Counted from the stretch's first letter, positions 18,275 through 29,605 are shown. The stretch is 64,000 nt of DNA from Candidatus Bathyarchaeota archaeon (GCA_963775685.1 CAVZJV010000014.1:64001-128000); one strand, 5' to 3'. Translations and numbers: made by a program. The notes: generated from the letters alone by a model not told the origin.

Positions 18275-21157
18275 ATGAGCCAAACCAAGCAAATAGAGCA
18301 GAAATGGCGAGAGAAATGGGAAGCCGCCCACCTTTTCGAAGCTGACCCTGACCCGAAAAGACAGAAAAAGATGGTAACCTTTCCCTACCCATATATGAAT
18401 GGCCCATTGCACGTTGGACACACTTTCACAGCTTCACGAGTGGATGTTTATGCTCGGTTTAAACGTATGCAGGGTTACAATGTACTTTGGCCTTGGGGTT
18501 GGCACTGGACAGGTCAACCTTTGCTTGGAGCCAGTCAACGCGTAGCCCGGGGTGATGAAGCATTCATTAAAGTCTTAAGAGAAATCGATGGAGTGCCTGA
18601 GTCGGAACTCAAAAAATTCGTTGACCCTCTCTACATGGCTCAATACTACACAAATGAAGGTCGAATAGCTGTCAAAAATATCGGGTTTTCAGTAGATTGG
18701 CGACGCGAATTTACTTCCATAATGCCAACTTACCAGAAGTTCATAGAGTGGCAATACAAGAACCTTAAAGAAAAAGGCTACGTTACACGTGGCACACACC
18801 CAGTGGTTTGGTGCCCTAAAGACAAGAGTCCAACAGGAGACCATGACCGCCAAAGCGGCGAAGGTATCACCGCCGAAGAATACACACTAATAAAGTACAA
18901 GCTAGATGAAAAAACGTTTTTGCCAGCAGCAACTTTCCGTCCCGAAACCATCTATGGCATTACTAACCTGTGGATTAACCCCGATGCAGTCTATGTGGAG
19001 GCATACGTTAACGGCGAAAAATGGATCGTCAGCCAAGAAGCAGCAGATAAACTCAAAGAGCAGGAAAGAAAAGTTGAAGTAAAACGCAGTTTTCAAGGCA
19101 AAGAACTCATAGGCAAATGGTTTGAGAATCCAATCACAAAACTCAAGTTTCCTATCTTGCCCGGCTGGTTTGTCGACCCTAAAACCGCGACTGGCGTGGT
19201 GTACAGCGTTCCAGCCCATGCACCCTACGATTGGTTAGCGCTTCGAGACCTACAGCTGAAACCCGAAGTCCTTTCACAGTTCGGCATGGGCCCTGACGAA
19301 GTTATGCAAATTAAGCCTATCTCAATTATCAAGGTGGAAGGATATGGCGAGTTTCCAGCAGTTGAAATCGTTGAGAAAATGGGCATAAAAGACCAAAACG
19401 ACCCTAAAGCTGACCAAGCCACCAAAGAACTGTACAAAAAAGAATTTCACGGTGGCGTGCTGAAACCCAATTGTGGACCATACGCTGGAAAAACTATCCG
19501 AGAAGCCAAAGACATTTTGATAGTTGACTTCCTCAAACTTGGCGTAGCAGACTTCATGTATGACTTAGCTGAACCCGTAGTTTGCCGCTGCATGACGCAA
19601 TGCATCGTAAAAATTCTTTCTGACCAATGGTTCCTAAACTACTCTGATCCTGAATGGAAAGAAAAAGCCAAAGAAGTTGTCGCACAAATGACGATTTATC
19701 CCGATTCCGCAAAACAGAACTTCTATACTGTTATTGATTGGCTTCGTGAGTGGGCTTGTGCAAGAACCACGGGTTTTGGAACTCCGCTCCCGTGGGGCAA
19801 AGGTTGGATAATTGAAACGCTCAGTGACTCAACTGTGTATATGGCCTTTTACACAATAAACAAGCATATAAAACAGAACAACATTAAAGCTGAATTGTTG
19901 ACACCAGAAGTTTTCGATTTTCTTTTCTACGGTAAAGGCAATGCAAACGAACTTGAAATCACTACTGGATTAAGTGCCAATTTGCTCAATGACATGCGAA
20001 CTGAATTTCTTTACTGGTATCCGTTTGACTTGCGAAATTCTGCAAAAGAACTCGTACCAAACCACTTATCCTTCTGTATTTTTCACCATGCTGCGCTTTT
20101 CTCACCTGAACACTGGCCCAAAGCAGTAGGCGTTAATGGTATGCTTATGATTGAAGGACAAGGAATGCACAAGAGCAAAGGAAACTTTATAACAATGAAA
20201 GGTGCCGTGGAAAAATACGGTGCTGACGCAACGCGCTGCGGATTGCTGTTAGGCGCCGAAGGCATGGATGATCCCGATTGGCGTGCTGAAAACGTAAGCG
20301 ACTTGCAAAGTAAGTTTGAGGCATTAATTGGGTTTACAAGCGGCATAATAGCTTCAGCCAAAAACCTGGAAGAATCGGACCTAGAACGGTGGCTTACTAG
20401 TAAGATTCAATATCGAATAAGAGAGGTCACCGCAAGCTTAGATGTACTTAAAACCCGAACTGCCCTGCAAGTGGCGTTGTTTGAGACTTGGAATGATCTG
20501 CGCTGGTACATCCAACGAAAAGGCAATACAGAAGCCAAAGCGCTGGGTGATGCGGTGAAGGTTTGGTTAAAGATGCTTACGCCTTTTGCGCCGTTTATTT
20601 GCGAGGAGCTTTGGAGCCAAACTGGCGAAGAAGGATTTATCAGTATTGCAAAGTGGCCAGTCTTTGATGCGGGCAAGCTTGATGTAGCCGCTGAAGAGCA
20701 GGAGACTCTAATTACAGATCTAATGACTGACACAACAAACATCGTAAAAGCCACGAAGATATCGCCAAAACACATATGTTTCTATACGGCTGCACCATGG
20801 AAATGGCAAGTTTACCTCAAAATCATAGACAAAACTATTGTTGGCGAAGTAAAAATCAACGAGTTAATGAAGGAATTCGCCGCCGACAAAGACCTAAAAC
20901 CACGCATGAAAGACATAGCGGCCATGGTTCCAAGAATCACTAAGGCTTTAACTAAAGTTTCATGCGAACGCAAATCCAACATGAAGCAAATCAAAGTGAT
21001 CAATGAGCAGGCGATTTTGAATAGTGCTGTGGCGTTTTTGGGACAACGCTTCGCTGCTAAAGTAACCATTTTTAGAGAAGATGACATCGAACGTTTTGAC
21101 CCAAAGAAACGTGCAACGATGGCTATGCCGTATCAACCAGCAATCTACATCGATTAG
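18275..21157 (+). CDS. leuS: Leucine--tRNA ligase (archaeal type)
   Basis: FPYPYMNGPLHVGH, TFRPET, VPAHAPYD, and a KMSKS variant GMHKSKGN. Confidence 0.97.
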   Translation: MSQTKQIEQKWREKWEAAHLFEADPDPKRQKKMVTFPYPYMNGPLHVGHTFTASRVDVYARFKRMQGYNVLWPWGWHWTGQPLLGASQRVARGDEAFIKVLREIDGVPESELKKFVDPLYMAQYYTNEGRIAVKNIGFSVDWRREFTSIMPTYQKFIEWQYKNLKEKGYVTRGTHPVVWCPKDKSPTGDHDRQSGEGITAEEYTLIKYKLDEKTFLPAATFRPETIYGITNLWINPDAVYVEAYVNGEKWIVSQEAADKLKEQERKVEVKRSFQGKELIGKWFENPITKLKFPILPGWFVDPKTATGVVYSVPAHAPYDWLALRDLQLKPEVLSQFGMGPDEVMQIKPISIIKVEGYGEFPAVEIVEKMGIKDQNDPKADQATKELYKKEFHGGVLKPNCGPYAGKTIREAKDILIVDFLKLGVADFMYDLAEPVVCRCMTQCIVKILSDQWFLNYSDPEWKEKAKEVVAQMTIYPDSAKQNFYTVIDWLREWACARTTGFGTPLPWGKGWIIETLSDSTVYMAFYTINKHIKQNNIKAELLTPEVFDFLFYGKGNANELEITTGLSANLLNDMRTEFLYWYPFDLRNSAKELVPNHLSFCIFHHAALFSPEHWPKAVGVNGMLMIEGQGMHKSKGNFITMKGAVEKYGADATRCGLLLGAEGMDDPDWRAENVSDLQSKFEALIGFTSGIIASAKNLEESDLERWLTSKIQYRIREVTASLDVLKTRTALQVALFETWNDLRWYIQRKGNTEAKALGDAVKVWLKMLTPFAPFICEELWSQTGEEGFISIAKWPVFDAGKLDVAAEEQETLITDLMTDTTNIVKATKISPKHICFYTAAPWKWQVYLKIIDKTIVGEVKINELMKEFAADKDLKPRMKDIAAMVPRITKALTKVSCERKSNMKQIKVINEQAILNSAVAFLGQRFAAKVTIFREDDIERFDPKKRATMAMPYQPAIYID

Positions 21158-21361
21158 TAATCCTTCATAGAAAGGTTAACTCATCTAAATGAATAAATAG
21201 ACGAAAATTAATGCTAACAGTTTTTCGGCATCAGAACACGTTGAATATAATTGCTGGCGGCCTAAATTGCTTTTTGGGCCACTTGCTTCGCATAGGCAAA
21301 GCCTAACGTAAACAGAATATAACCCAGGATAGTCGTAAACTGCTCATAGAATGTTGAGCTC

Positions 21362-21769
21362 TTAATGGCTCACTCTAGCGGGTTCTTCATGGTTCTTAAG
21401 CTTCTCTTCTAAAAGAACCAGCAATTCCTGAGGTTTCACGGGCTTAACCAAATAAGCGTCTGCGCCTTCATCAAGAGCTTTAACGCCAGTTTCAAGTGAC
21501 GGGAACCCCGTAATCATTATTTTGACGGTGTGTTGGAGTTGCTTTTTGAGTTTCGCTAATAACTCGGTGCCATCCATATCCGGAAGTCTGATGTCTACCA
21601 ACGCTAAGTCAAAATGGTCGTTTCCCGCTTTTTCTATGGCTTCTTTACCTGTTTCCGCAGTTTCAATCTCATAACCGCTTTTTTGGAGAATGCGTGTGAA
21701 GGTTCGAAGTATTGATTTGTCATCGTCAACAACAAGTATTGTTTTTTTATGTGCAGCCAATTCTAACAT
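21362..21769 (-). CDS. Single-domain response regulator receiver
   Basis: ILVVDDD, DIRLPDMDG, MITG, YLVKP. Confidence 0.93.
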   Translation of the reverse strand: MLELAAHKKTILVVDDDKSILRTFTRILQKSGYEIETAETGKEAIEKAGNDHFDLALVDIRLPDMDGTELLAKLKKQLQHTVKIMITGFPSLETGVKALDEGADAYLVKPVKPQELLVLLEEKLKNHEEPARVSH

Positions 21770-22029
21770 ACCTCTTTTCCATAAATCCCGCTTTTTTGAA
21801 CCTCGTATGTCAAAAAAGCCACCAACTTCTCTGCATCAACAAACCATAATAACAGTTGGTTTGCTATCAACAAAGAACTTCCTATCTTTTTAGCTGTTTC
21901 TAACAATGTTTTCCGAGATTAATAAACGCTATCCCATCTGGATTATTTGAAGGCAGCCCTGTTAACAATAAAGTTATAACTGAGAAAAACCAAAATGTAT
22001 TAGCGAATAGTTGGTTTTGAGGCGCAAAG

Positions 22030-23490
22030 GTGTCTGCTCCATTTTCTTACGAAATAAAAACTGATGTTCCCCCACTCTACTTTGGGAAACTATTTGACTT
22101 CATTTATACACAATTCCTTGCTCCTCAAAAGCAAAGATTCACAAGCTTATCTAAAGAGATAGCACAGTTAAGGAACAAAATCTCATACGTTGTTCTCGAT
22201 ACACAAGGGAGACAAATCCTTAAAGTTGAAGTAATTGCCACAGACACTGTAAATGCAACTATAACACCATTGGAAATGGATGTTCTGGAAGCAACAGTCA
22301 ACGAAGCAAGACAAGATTTACTAATTGCTACAGAATTGTTTCAGGAAAAAGCCCGCAAAGTTACATGGTATTTTGCGTGGCGAGAGGGAGAAGAAATCAT
22401 ACCTGAAAAAGTAACGCTTCACGAAAAAAGTTTCAACCGCCTTTTCTTGGAAACACAAGTCCTATTAACTTTTGTATTTATTGGGCTCGGACTGGGGTTG
22501 TTTGTTGTTGTGTTAACTTTTTATCCAGCCTACTTCTGGTCTGTCCCAATAATTTTAATTGTTTCCCAATTCGTATTTGTTTTCTATTCTAACAAGATTA
22601 TTGCACGGTCGGGTGATTGGTCAATCACTAAGGACAGCCCTATCATACACTTCTTAGAGTATCAGCCTCCAATTGGCTCTTTGGGCACGCTTGATGATTA
22701 CAAGCAAATTCCGCCCGAGCAGTTGGTGGCATTAAAGAAAGAAGTCTACGAGGAAATAATAGCGAAGCATGGGGCAATTGACTGTCAGGAAGCAGAAAAA
22801 ATCTTTACAAAATATAATGTATCTTGCAAACTTGGCAGTTTATCAGCCAAGAAAATCAACGTTTATGAACTTGTAAAGAAAGTCGCTGATCGCTTCGGGT
22901 ACAAAGTGCCTAAAATCGTGATTTCAAATACGATGGTTCCTAACGCGGCCGCTTCTGGTCCGAGCCCTAGCCGAGGCATCGTTTTGATAACGACTGGGCT
23001 ACTTGTTCAGTTGGAAGAGCCTGAAGTCGTAAGCGTTTTGGGGCATGAGTTTGGGCATCTTAGAGGCAGAGACCCTCTAATTTTGTTTGGGCTGTTGAGT
23101 GCGGAGTTTCTGTTCAGGTTTTATGTTTTGCTTGCTTTGCTTCCATTCATATTCACATCTTTCTTGTTCTTTGTCTACTTCTTCGCGGTCATGACTCTTA
23201 TATTCTTCATAGCGAAATTCTTTGAAGCCCGCGCAGACCTAACATCAGCCATAATGATGGGGCAACCCAAAGTCATGGCAAGATCATTGGAAAAAATCGG
23301 GTTCCACAGGCTTCTTTTCGAGCGAACTCCAAGTTTCCGCCTGCAAGAATGGGTTGGTTTAGATTCGCACCCGCCTATTTACTTTAGAGTGGCCCGATTA
23401 GAGAAGCTTGGAGATGATCAGGTTAAATATCCACTGCTTCAATCAATCGAAGATGTAATAAAAGGATTTTTTGCTACCCTAAAAAGTTAA
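22030..23490 (+). CDS. M48 family (HtpX-like) membrane metalloprotease with N-terminal extension
   Basis: PNAAA, GHEFGH, EARAD, SHPP and TM segments. Confidence 0.9.
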   Translation: MSAPFSYEIKTDVPPLYFGKLFDFIYTQFLAPQKQRFTSLSKEIAQLRNKISYVVLDTQGRQILKVEVIATDTVNATITPLEMDVLEATVNEARQDLLIATELFQEKARKVTWYFAWREGEEIIPEKVTLHEKSFNRLFLETQVLLTFVFIGLGLGLFVVVLTFYPAYFWSVPIILIVSQFVFVFYSNKIIARSGDWSITKDSPIIHFLEYQPPIGSLGTLDDYKQIPPEQLVALKKEVYEEIIAKHGAIDCQEAEKIFTKYNVSCKLGSLSAKKINVYELVKKVADRFGYKVPKIVISNTMVPNAAASGPSPSRGIVLITTGLLVQLEEPEVVSVLGHEFGHLRGRDPLILFGLLSAEFLFRFYVLLALLPFIFTSFLFFVYFFAVMTLIFFIAKFFEARADLTSAIMMGQPKVMARSLEKIGFHRLLFERTPSFRLQEWVGLDSHPPIYFRVARLEKLGDDQVKYPLLQSIEDVIKGFFATLKS

Positions 23491-23699
23491 AAACCATAGT
23501 AAAAAAACAGACGAAAATCGAACCTGGACCAAATTTTCTACCCCAATTGAACAACCGAAGTCCAGCTTGTAAACACAACCGGTACTCTCCATTGAATCGT
23601 AGGATAAGATTGACAGGATTCTTTTCCTGAAGGAACAAGAATTTAACGCAAAAAATAATAACCTAACCGAGTAAGCTCTAACGAGACGAGGCAAACAAT

Positions 23700-24977
23700 T
23701 TGAAACTAATCTTCGTTGCAATAGACGGTATGGGCGATTTACCTATCGAATCTTTAGGTAACAAAACTCCTCTTGAAGCAGCAGAAACTCCCAACATGGA
23801 TGCGCTTGCCAAGGCGGGAAAAACTGGTTTAATGTATTCGGTCAAGAAGGGTGTCGCGCCTGAGAGCGATGTTGCTGTTATTTCACTTTTAGGCTATGAC
23901 CCCTTCAAATACAGCACAGGCAGAGGTGTCATCGAAGCATCTGGCGTTGGCTTGAACATGCAGGATGGAGATTTAGCGTTGCGTTGCAATTTTGCTACTT
24001 TAGGCGCGGGCAAAACTATTCTTGACCGACGAGTAGCTCGAACTCTGAGCACAGAGGAAGCGAATGAGCTAACTGAAGCCGTCAACAAAGAAGTGAAACT
24101 CAACTCATACCCAGCCACTTTTGAGTTTCGCAATACTTTGGGCCATAGGGCTGTTTTGCTCATTAAGAGTAAAGCTAAACCGCTATCAAGCAACATAACC
24201 AACAGCGATCCCGCCTACATAATAGTTAACGGCATTGGCGAAGCCAAATCAGATGTCGAGATGGTGCTTAAAACTTGTGAACCAACCGAAAAAACAGAAG
24301 CCGCGAAAGTCTCCGCCAGGTTGGTTAACGAGTTTATCGAAAAGTCACATATATTTTGGGAAAATCATCCTATTAACGTAAAGCGTGCCGCGGAAGGCAA
24401 ACTCAAAGCAAACGTAGTTTTGACCCGAGATGCGGGGCACTTGCTTCCTAAATTCTTCAACATAAACGAACGCTACCATGTCAACTTTGCCTGCTTAGCG
24501 GACATGCATGCTGAGCGCGGAATCGCTCAACTGGCTGGTATGGAGTCGTCGCTGCTTCCGCCTCCATCAGGAAATTTGCAGAAAGACTGCGAAGTCAGAG
24601 TAAAAGCCCTCCTTGAAGCCCTGCCAAAACACGATTGCTTCTATATTCACCTCAAAGGACCCGACGAACCAGGACACGATGGCAACTGCAACTTAAAAAC
24701 CCAGATCATCTCTGCTATCGACAAGTACTTCTTTGGTCCATTGCTTAAACAGATATCTTTAGAAGACAACCTCCTTTGCATAACCACTGACCACGCGACG
24801 CCCTGTACCTTGAAAGTTCACAGTGATACACCCGTTCCGATGCTCATCTCAGGCGACCACGTTAGCAGCGGCAAAACAGACAAGTTCTGCGAGAAAGAAT
24901 GTGCAAAAGGCAGCCTTGGCACTCTAGAACGCGGATGCGAATTAATGCCAAAACTCATGCAGATACTAAAAAAATAA
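23700..24977 (+). CDS. apgM: 2,3-bisphosphoglycerate-independent phosphoglycerate mutase (archaeal)
   Basis: IDGMGD, TPLEAA.TPNMD, PESD, DEPGHDG, TDHATP. Confidence 0.9.
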   Translation: MKLIFVAIDGMGDLPIESLGNKTPLEAAETPNMDALAKAGKTGLMYSVKKGVAPESDVAVISLLGYDPFKYSTGRGVIEASGVGLNMQDGDLALRCNFATLGAGKTILDRRVARTLSTEEANELTEAVNKEVKLNSYPATFEFRNTLGHRAVLLIKSKAKPLSSNITNSDPAYIIVNGIGEAKSDVEMVLKTCEPTEKTEAAKVSARLVNEFIEKSHIFWENHPINVKRAAEGKLKANVVLTRDAGHLLPKFFNINERYHVNFACLADMHAERGIAQLAGMESSLLPPPSGNLQKDCEVRVKALLEALPKHDCFYIHLKGPDEPGHDGNCNLKTQIISAIDKYFFGPLLKQISLEDNLLCITTDHATPCTLKVHSDTPVPMLISGDHVSSGKTDKFCEKECAKGSLGTLERGCELMPKLMQILKK

Positions 24978-25138
24978 CTTACCAATTATCAATTCCGAAA
25001 ATGATACAACAAGCAAGTATCAATAGATTTTTTTTCAGATATATTTAGTGCGATCGCCTCTTGGGATAGCTACAGAAATATCCTATCGCTTAACAGTTTA
25101 AATAAGCCGCAACTAAACTGGCTAGAAGTGAAAACTCG

Positions 25139-26005
25139 ATGATTCAGCGTCTTATGGTTTATTCTGATGGTGGTGCAAGAGGTAACCCTGGGCCGGCAGC
25201 CATTGGTTTCGTAGCTTTAAATGAACAAGGTGAAATTGTAAAAGCAGATTCAAGATTTATAGGCATCCATACCAACAACCAAGCGGAATACGAAGCGCTT
25301 CTTTTGGCTATGCAGTTTGCAGTTGAGGTTGGTGCGGAAGAAGTAGTTTGCCACCTTGACAGCGAACTTGTTGTGAGGCAGCTAAACGGCCAGTACACCG
25401 TGAAAGACCCAGAACTGCAACGACTTTGGAGGAAAGTGGGGCAAATGAAAGGGTGCTTTAAAAAAATCGGGTTTGCTCACGTAGCCAGAGAACATGAAAA
25501 GATTCAAGTTGCGGACGAACTGGTGAATGAAACGTTAGACCAACAAACCAATCAACTCAAAGCCACCGGATTAGTAACAAGCCCTCCATTAGTTACTAGT
25601 AATTATGGGCTGAAAGTCATGTTTGTCCACATAAGCATTCGCACAAGCAACATGGAGCGGTCTATCAATTTTTACTCCAAGTTCTTAGGTTTAAAACTTC
25701 AAAGCCGCCGGGAAATCATGCAAACAAACGCTGAAATTGCCTTCCTGCAAGATGCAGAACACAAAGGTTGCACGCTGGAGTTGACTTATTACCGAAATCA
25801 GAAACAGTTTGTTCAACCTGAATATGAAATGCGACTGTTTGACCATTTAGGGTTCGAAGTCGCAGACATAAACAAAACACTCGATGCAATGCGCAGAGAA
25901 AACGTTTTGGTAACGGATAAACCCTTCAAGTTTAACGAAAAAACAACAATTGCATTTGTCGAGGATCCAGATGGGACCCTCATTGAATTGATTGAGCGCA
26001 AATAA
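25139..26005 (+). CDS. Ribonuclease HI fused to a glyoxalase/VOC domain
   Basis: N-terminal SDGGARGNPGPA, TNNQAEYEA and DSELV. C-terminal HISIR, LELTY, DHLGFEV and EDPDGTLIELIE. Confidence 0.85.
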   Translation: MIQRLMVYSDGGARGNPGPAAIGFVALNEQGEIVKADSRFIGIHTNNQAEYEALLLAMQFAVEVGAEEVVCHLDSELVVRQLNGQYTVKDPELQRLWRKVGQMKGCFKKIGFAHVAREHEKIQVADELVNETLDQQTNQLKATGLVTSPPLVTSNYGLKVMFVHISIRTSNMERSINFYSKFLGLKLQSRREIMQTNAEIAFLQDAEHKGCTLELTYYRNQKQFVQPEYEMRLFDHLGFEVADINKTLDAMRRENVLVTDKPFKFNEKTTIAFVEDPDGTLIELIERK

Positions 26006-26099
26006 ACTGTTACTTATAGAATTTGGGTCTGCCTCCAGTTGATGTTTTCCCCGATGACTGGACTCTTTCATTTTCTTCTTTAGTTAGCCTTTTGGCTTC

Positions 26100-26760
26100 A
26101 GAAAAAATAGATAAAAAAAATACTTCCATTTAGCGACTATTATCCGCCAGTTAGCTCTCATTGCACCTCCGACTCGAGGTTTTCCTCGTCTATGTGGAGC
26201 TTCTTAAACCAACTCGCCAATTTTGAATCCATTTTTCTTGGCGACAACAAGCAGTTCACCGCCGAAGGTTTCTCCGCCCTTCAAGTTAATGTTTACGAGT
26301 GTTTCTTTTTTGTAAGCTCTAAAATTAGAATAGAAATCTGAAACTCCACATTTTTTGCATAAAGTTTTGGCAGCCCAACGCTCAGAAAAACGGGGCACAA
26401 GTGTCCGCGAAACTACTATCGCAGCGTAAATGCGCAAGTTTCTCAACAAGGCTGGGATGAGTTCGGGATTGTTCTCCAAGTCTGAATCGATTGTTACTAT
26501 TTTGGGAGACTTTGCCAGTTTTGCTCCGTACAGTAAGCCTTTGGTTTGTCCTTCCCGAATTTTACTAACCGCTAAATCCGCATGCTGTTTGGCAACTTCG
26601 AGGGTGCCATCGATGGAGTTGTCATCCACAACGATTGTTTCATGGGGAACATCGCTAAGGGTTTTCTGTATTCACAGGATTAGTTCCCTGATGTTTTCTT
26701 TCTCATTCCATGTCGTTATAACCACCGAAATGCCCTGATCTGTTGCTTTGCTTTTATTAT
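26100..26760 (-). pseudogene. Glycosyltransferase family 2 (Dpm1-like) pseudogene
   Basis: ISVVITTWNEKENI...VVDDNSIDGT...IDSDLEN. In-frame TGA at 26672-26674 and TAA at 26204-26206, with GT2-like sequence continuing on both sides. Ends are approximate. Confidence 0.75.
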
Positions 26761-26975
26761 GATCAGTCAATATCTTTTAGAAGTTATAAGCTCTCTTTAT
26801 ATTGTCAAAGACATTAAACAATTAGTTTTCACAGTTAATTTTCGGGTTTAAATGTAGTTTGTGGGGGTTTCTACTTATCTTTCAAGCTGAAAGAACATCA
26901 TAAACTTAAAATAATCGGAAGGACTGATGTGTTAACGAATTCACAAAATTAGGTAAATTAATAGAGGATGAAAAA

Positions 26976-28280
26976 ATGAGCAAAAGCGATAAACCCCACT
27001 TAAACCTCATAATCATGGGGCACGTTGATGCCGGAAAATCAACATCAACCGGGCACCTACTATATTTAGCAGGCGCAATCGACGAAAGAACAATCAAATC
27101 ATACCAAGAAGAAGCCGAAAAAATGGGCAAAGGCACATTTGCGTTCGCTTGGGTTCTAGACAACCTGAAAGAAGAACGCGAAAGAGGTGTCACAATTGAC
27201 CTTCGATTCCTACAATTCCAAACCAAGAAATTCAATTACACAGTCATCGATGCACCAGGACACAGAGACTTCGTCAAAAACATGATTACAGGCGCAAGCC
27301 AAGCTGACGCAGCAGTACTTTTCGTTTCAGCCAAAAAAGGTGAGTTTGAAGCAGGTATCGGTGCGGGTGGCCAAACACGAGAACACGCCTTTTTAGCATT
27401 CACTTTAGGTATTCGCCAAATCATTGTTGCAATTAACAAACAGGATGATATATCTGTTAACTATAGCAAAGAAAGGTTTGACGAAATAAAGAATGAAGTT
27501 TCAAGAATGCTCCGTATGGTCGGCTTTAAAATTGAGAAGATCAATTTCGTGCCAGTTTCAGGTTGGACAGGCGAGAACCTGCTCAAAAAAAGCGACAAAA
27601 TGCCCTGGTATACGGGTCCAACATTGATGGAGGCGTTCGACCTGTTAGAAATTCCAGCTAAACCAACTAACAAACCGTTGCGTGTTCCAGTCCAGGACAT
27701 TTACAGCATTACAGGTATAGGCACCGTTCCCGTAGGCAGAGTAGAAACAGGTACCCTCAAACCGGGACAGAGCCTTATCTTCATGCCATCAAACAAAACC
27801 GCTGAGGTCAAATCCATAGAAATGCACCACACACAAATCCCCTTCGCGGAACCAGGCGACAACATTGGAATGAACGTTCGTGGCATTTCAAAAACTGATG
27901 TTCACCGTGGAGACGTTGCAGGTCCAGTTGACAATCCACCAACAGTTGCAAAAGAATTCATTGGTCAAATCATAGTCATCTATCATCCAACAGCCATTGC
28001 AGCAGGATATACCCCGGTACTCCACTACCACACAGGACAAATCGCTGTTAAGTTCACCGAACTCATAAAGAAAATCGACCCGCGCACAGGACAAGTATCT
28101 GAAGAGCACCCAAGCTACCTCAAAACAGGCGACGCTGCATGGGTTCGCATGGAACCACTTCACCCAATTGCAATCGAAACCTTCCAAGACTTCCCCGAAC
28201 TTGGTCGATTCGCAATTCGAGACATGGGTACCACCGTTGCAGCAGGCGCAGTTAAAGAAGTCACCAAAAAGGGTCCTTAA
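26976..28280 (+). CDS. tuf: Translation elongation factor EF-1alpha
   Basis: GHVDAGKST, ERERGVTID, DAPGHRDF, NKQD, GRFAIRDMG. Confidence 0.97.
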   Translation: MSKSDKPHLNLIIMGHVDAGKSTSTGHLLYLAGAIDERTIKSYQEEAEKMGKGTFAFAWVLDNLKEERERGVTIDLRFLQFQTKKFNYTVIDAPGHRDFVKNMITGASQADAAVLFVSAKKGEFEAGIGAGGQTREHAFLAFTLGIRQIIVAINKQDDISVNYSKERFDEIKNEVSRMLRMVGFKIEKINFVPVSGWTGENLLKKSDKMPWYTGPTLMEAFDLLEIPAKPTNKPLRVPVQDIYSITGIGTVPVGRVETGTLKPGQSLIFMPSNKTAEVKSIEMHHTQIPFAEPGDNIGMNVRGISKTDVHRGDVAGPVDNPPTVAKEFIGQIIVIYHPTAIAAGYTPVLHYHTGQIAVKFTELIKKIDPRTGQVSEEHPSYLKTGDAAWVRMEPLHPIAIETFQDFPELGRFAIRDMGTTVAAGAVKEVTKKGP

Positions 28281-28312
28281 CCCTTTTCATTTTGTTTTTA
28301 TTTTATATTTAA
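28262..28312 (+). terminator. Small hairpin and long T-rich tract after tuf
   Basis: AAAAGGG...CCCTTTT followed by T-runs. Confidence 0.55.
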
Positions 28313-28477
28313 AATATAGTTTTTGATAAAATTTGTGCTAATTTAGTGTAAATATATCTAATATTGGATCTTTTGCGTAGATAATGGCTTATGTTTTTGT
28401 TTTGTGTTGGTTACTTGTGACAGTCACAAGTATTCTTATGATAAGTTCACATGTGGCTTAAAGTAGGGTGGAGACGT

Positions 28478-28618
28478 TTGGACTATCAAAGTGATTCTGC
28501 TTGTTTGATAAAGAAGGATTCTGAGAAGGTTGATGAATCTATTTGTCTGAGCGATGTGCCTTTGGAAGTTAGAAAAAGAGAAGCAAGAAAACCTCTGTTC
28601 TTAGTAAGGTATGAGTAA
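28478..28618 (+). CDS. 46-aa hypothetical protein
   Basis: Manual translation MDYQSDSACLIKKDSEKVDESICLSDVPLEVRKREARKPLFLVRYE, with GGGTGGAG upstream. Confidence 0.45.
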   Translation: MDYQSDSACLIKKDSEKVDESICLSDVPLEVRKREARKPLFLVRYE

Positions 28619-28879
28619 TCAGAAGTTGTTATGTTGAACTATGCTATTTGTAAGTGTAGATGTTGTGGTATTGGGTTGGCTGTGGGAAATTAGCTTCGGC
28701 GAAAACCATATTCGCCTTTATTATACCTGAGAGCTGTGGTTTAGTCAAGAGAAATCCGACTTTTTTAGAATGACCCGCAATTTTTGTTTTATTATCTATT
28801 GTTTTTTGGAAAAGCGAACTCTTCAGAGGAGAAAACAACATTAGTTGCTTTTACAATAGCGCAAGTCCTGAGGATTAGA

Positions 28880-29605
28880 ATGTCTGGAACGGAAACGCTT
28901 CTTCCTTTTGTGGGTGAAAAAAAGAAACCTGGTGAAGAACCGATCATCATCATGGATAGCCGTGAAGCTAGCAGCGCCAAAAAAATCGCCCTTGGGCTTG
29001 CGGAGAAAGGAGCAAAAGTGAAAACGGAGATTTTGGAGAAAGGCGACTACATCCTCTCAGACCAATGTGCTGTGGAACGGAAAACGGTTAACGACTTCGT
29101 CTACACGCTTACAAGAAGGTATCTTTTCGAGCAGCTCTTCCGCTTAAAAGAAGTTTATCCAAAATCCCTAATCGTGCTTGAAGGTTACTTGCCAATAATC
29201 TACAAGTATAGCAGCATTTCGTCTGCTTCAATTTGGGGTGCTATGTTTAACCTGGCCAAAAACGGTATCGCAATGGTCAACACTGCGTCCCAGAAGGAGA
29301 CGGTTGATTTTCTCTACACTGCGGCACGGCAAGAACAGATTGTTGAGAAAAGAAGTGCTGTGGTTCATGCTTTCAAAAAATGTGATACCCTCTCAGATGC
29401 CCAAGTATATTTTATAGCTAGTTTACCTAGCATAGGACGCGAAAAAGCAACAGCTATTCTTGATTCTTACCAGACGCCTCTTAATGCTTTGATTAATGTG
29501 GCTGATTGGGAGAAGGCAGTTCATGGGTTGGGTCCTGTGATAACGAATCGTGTGAAGGATGTTTTGAGTAGGCCTTATAAGGATAAGGAATGCTCTGAGA
29601 CTTGA
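28880..29605 (+). CDS. Short-form XPF/ERCC4 structure-specific endonuclease
   Basis: DSRE, GDY, VERKTVNDF and a C-terminal HhH (LPSIG, GLGP). Confidence 0.88.
   Translation: MSGTETLLPFVGEKKKPGEEPIIIMDSREASSAKKIALGLAEKGAKVKTEILEKGDYILSDQCAVERKTVNDFVYTLTRRYLFEQLFRLKEVYPKSLIVLEGYLPIIYKYSSISSASIWGAMFNLAKNGIAMVNTASQKETVDFLYTAARQEQIVEKRSAVVHAFKKCDTLSDAQVYFIASLPSIGREKATAILDSYQTPLNALINVADWEKAVHGLGPVITNRVKDVLSRPYKDKECSET

Noticed and set aside
21362-21769. Response regulator as the ComA equivalent of the peptide module
   Set aside because: It is separated from the module by leuS, has no DNA-binding domain, and nothing in the sequence links the two.
26672-26674. In-frame TGA as selenocysteine
   Set aside because: It is not a catalytic Cys position, the same gene also has an in-frame TAA, and no SECIS was recognised.
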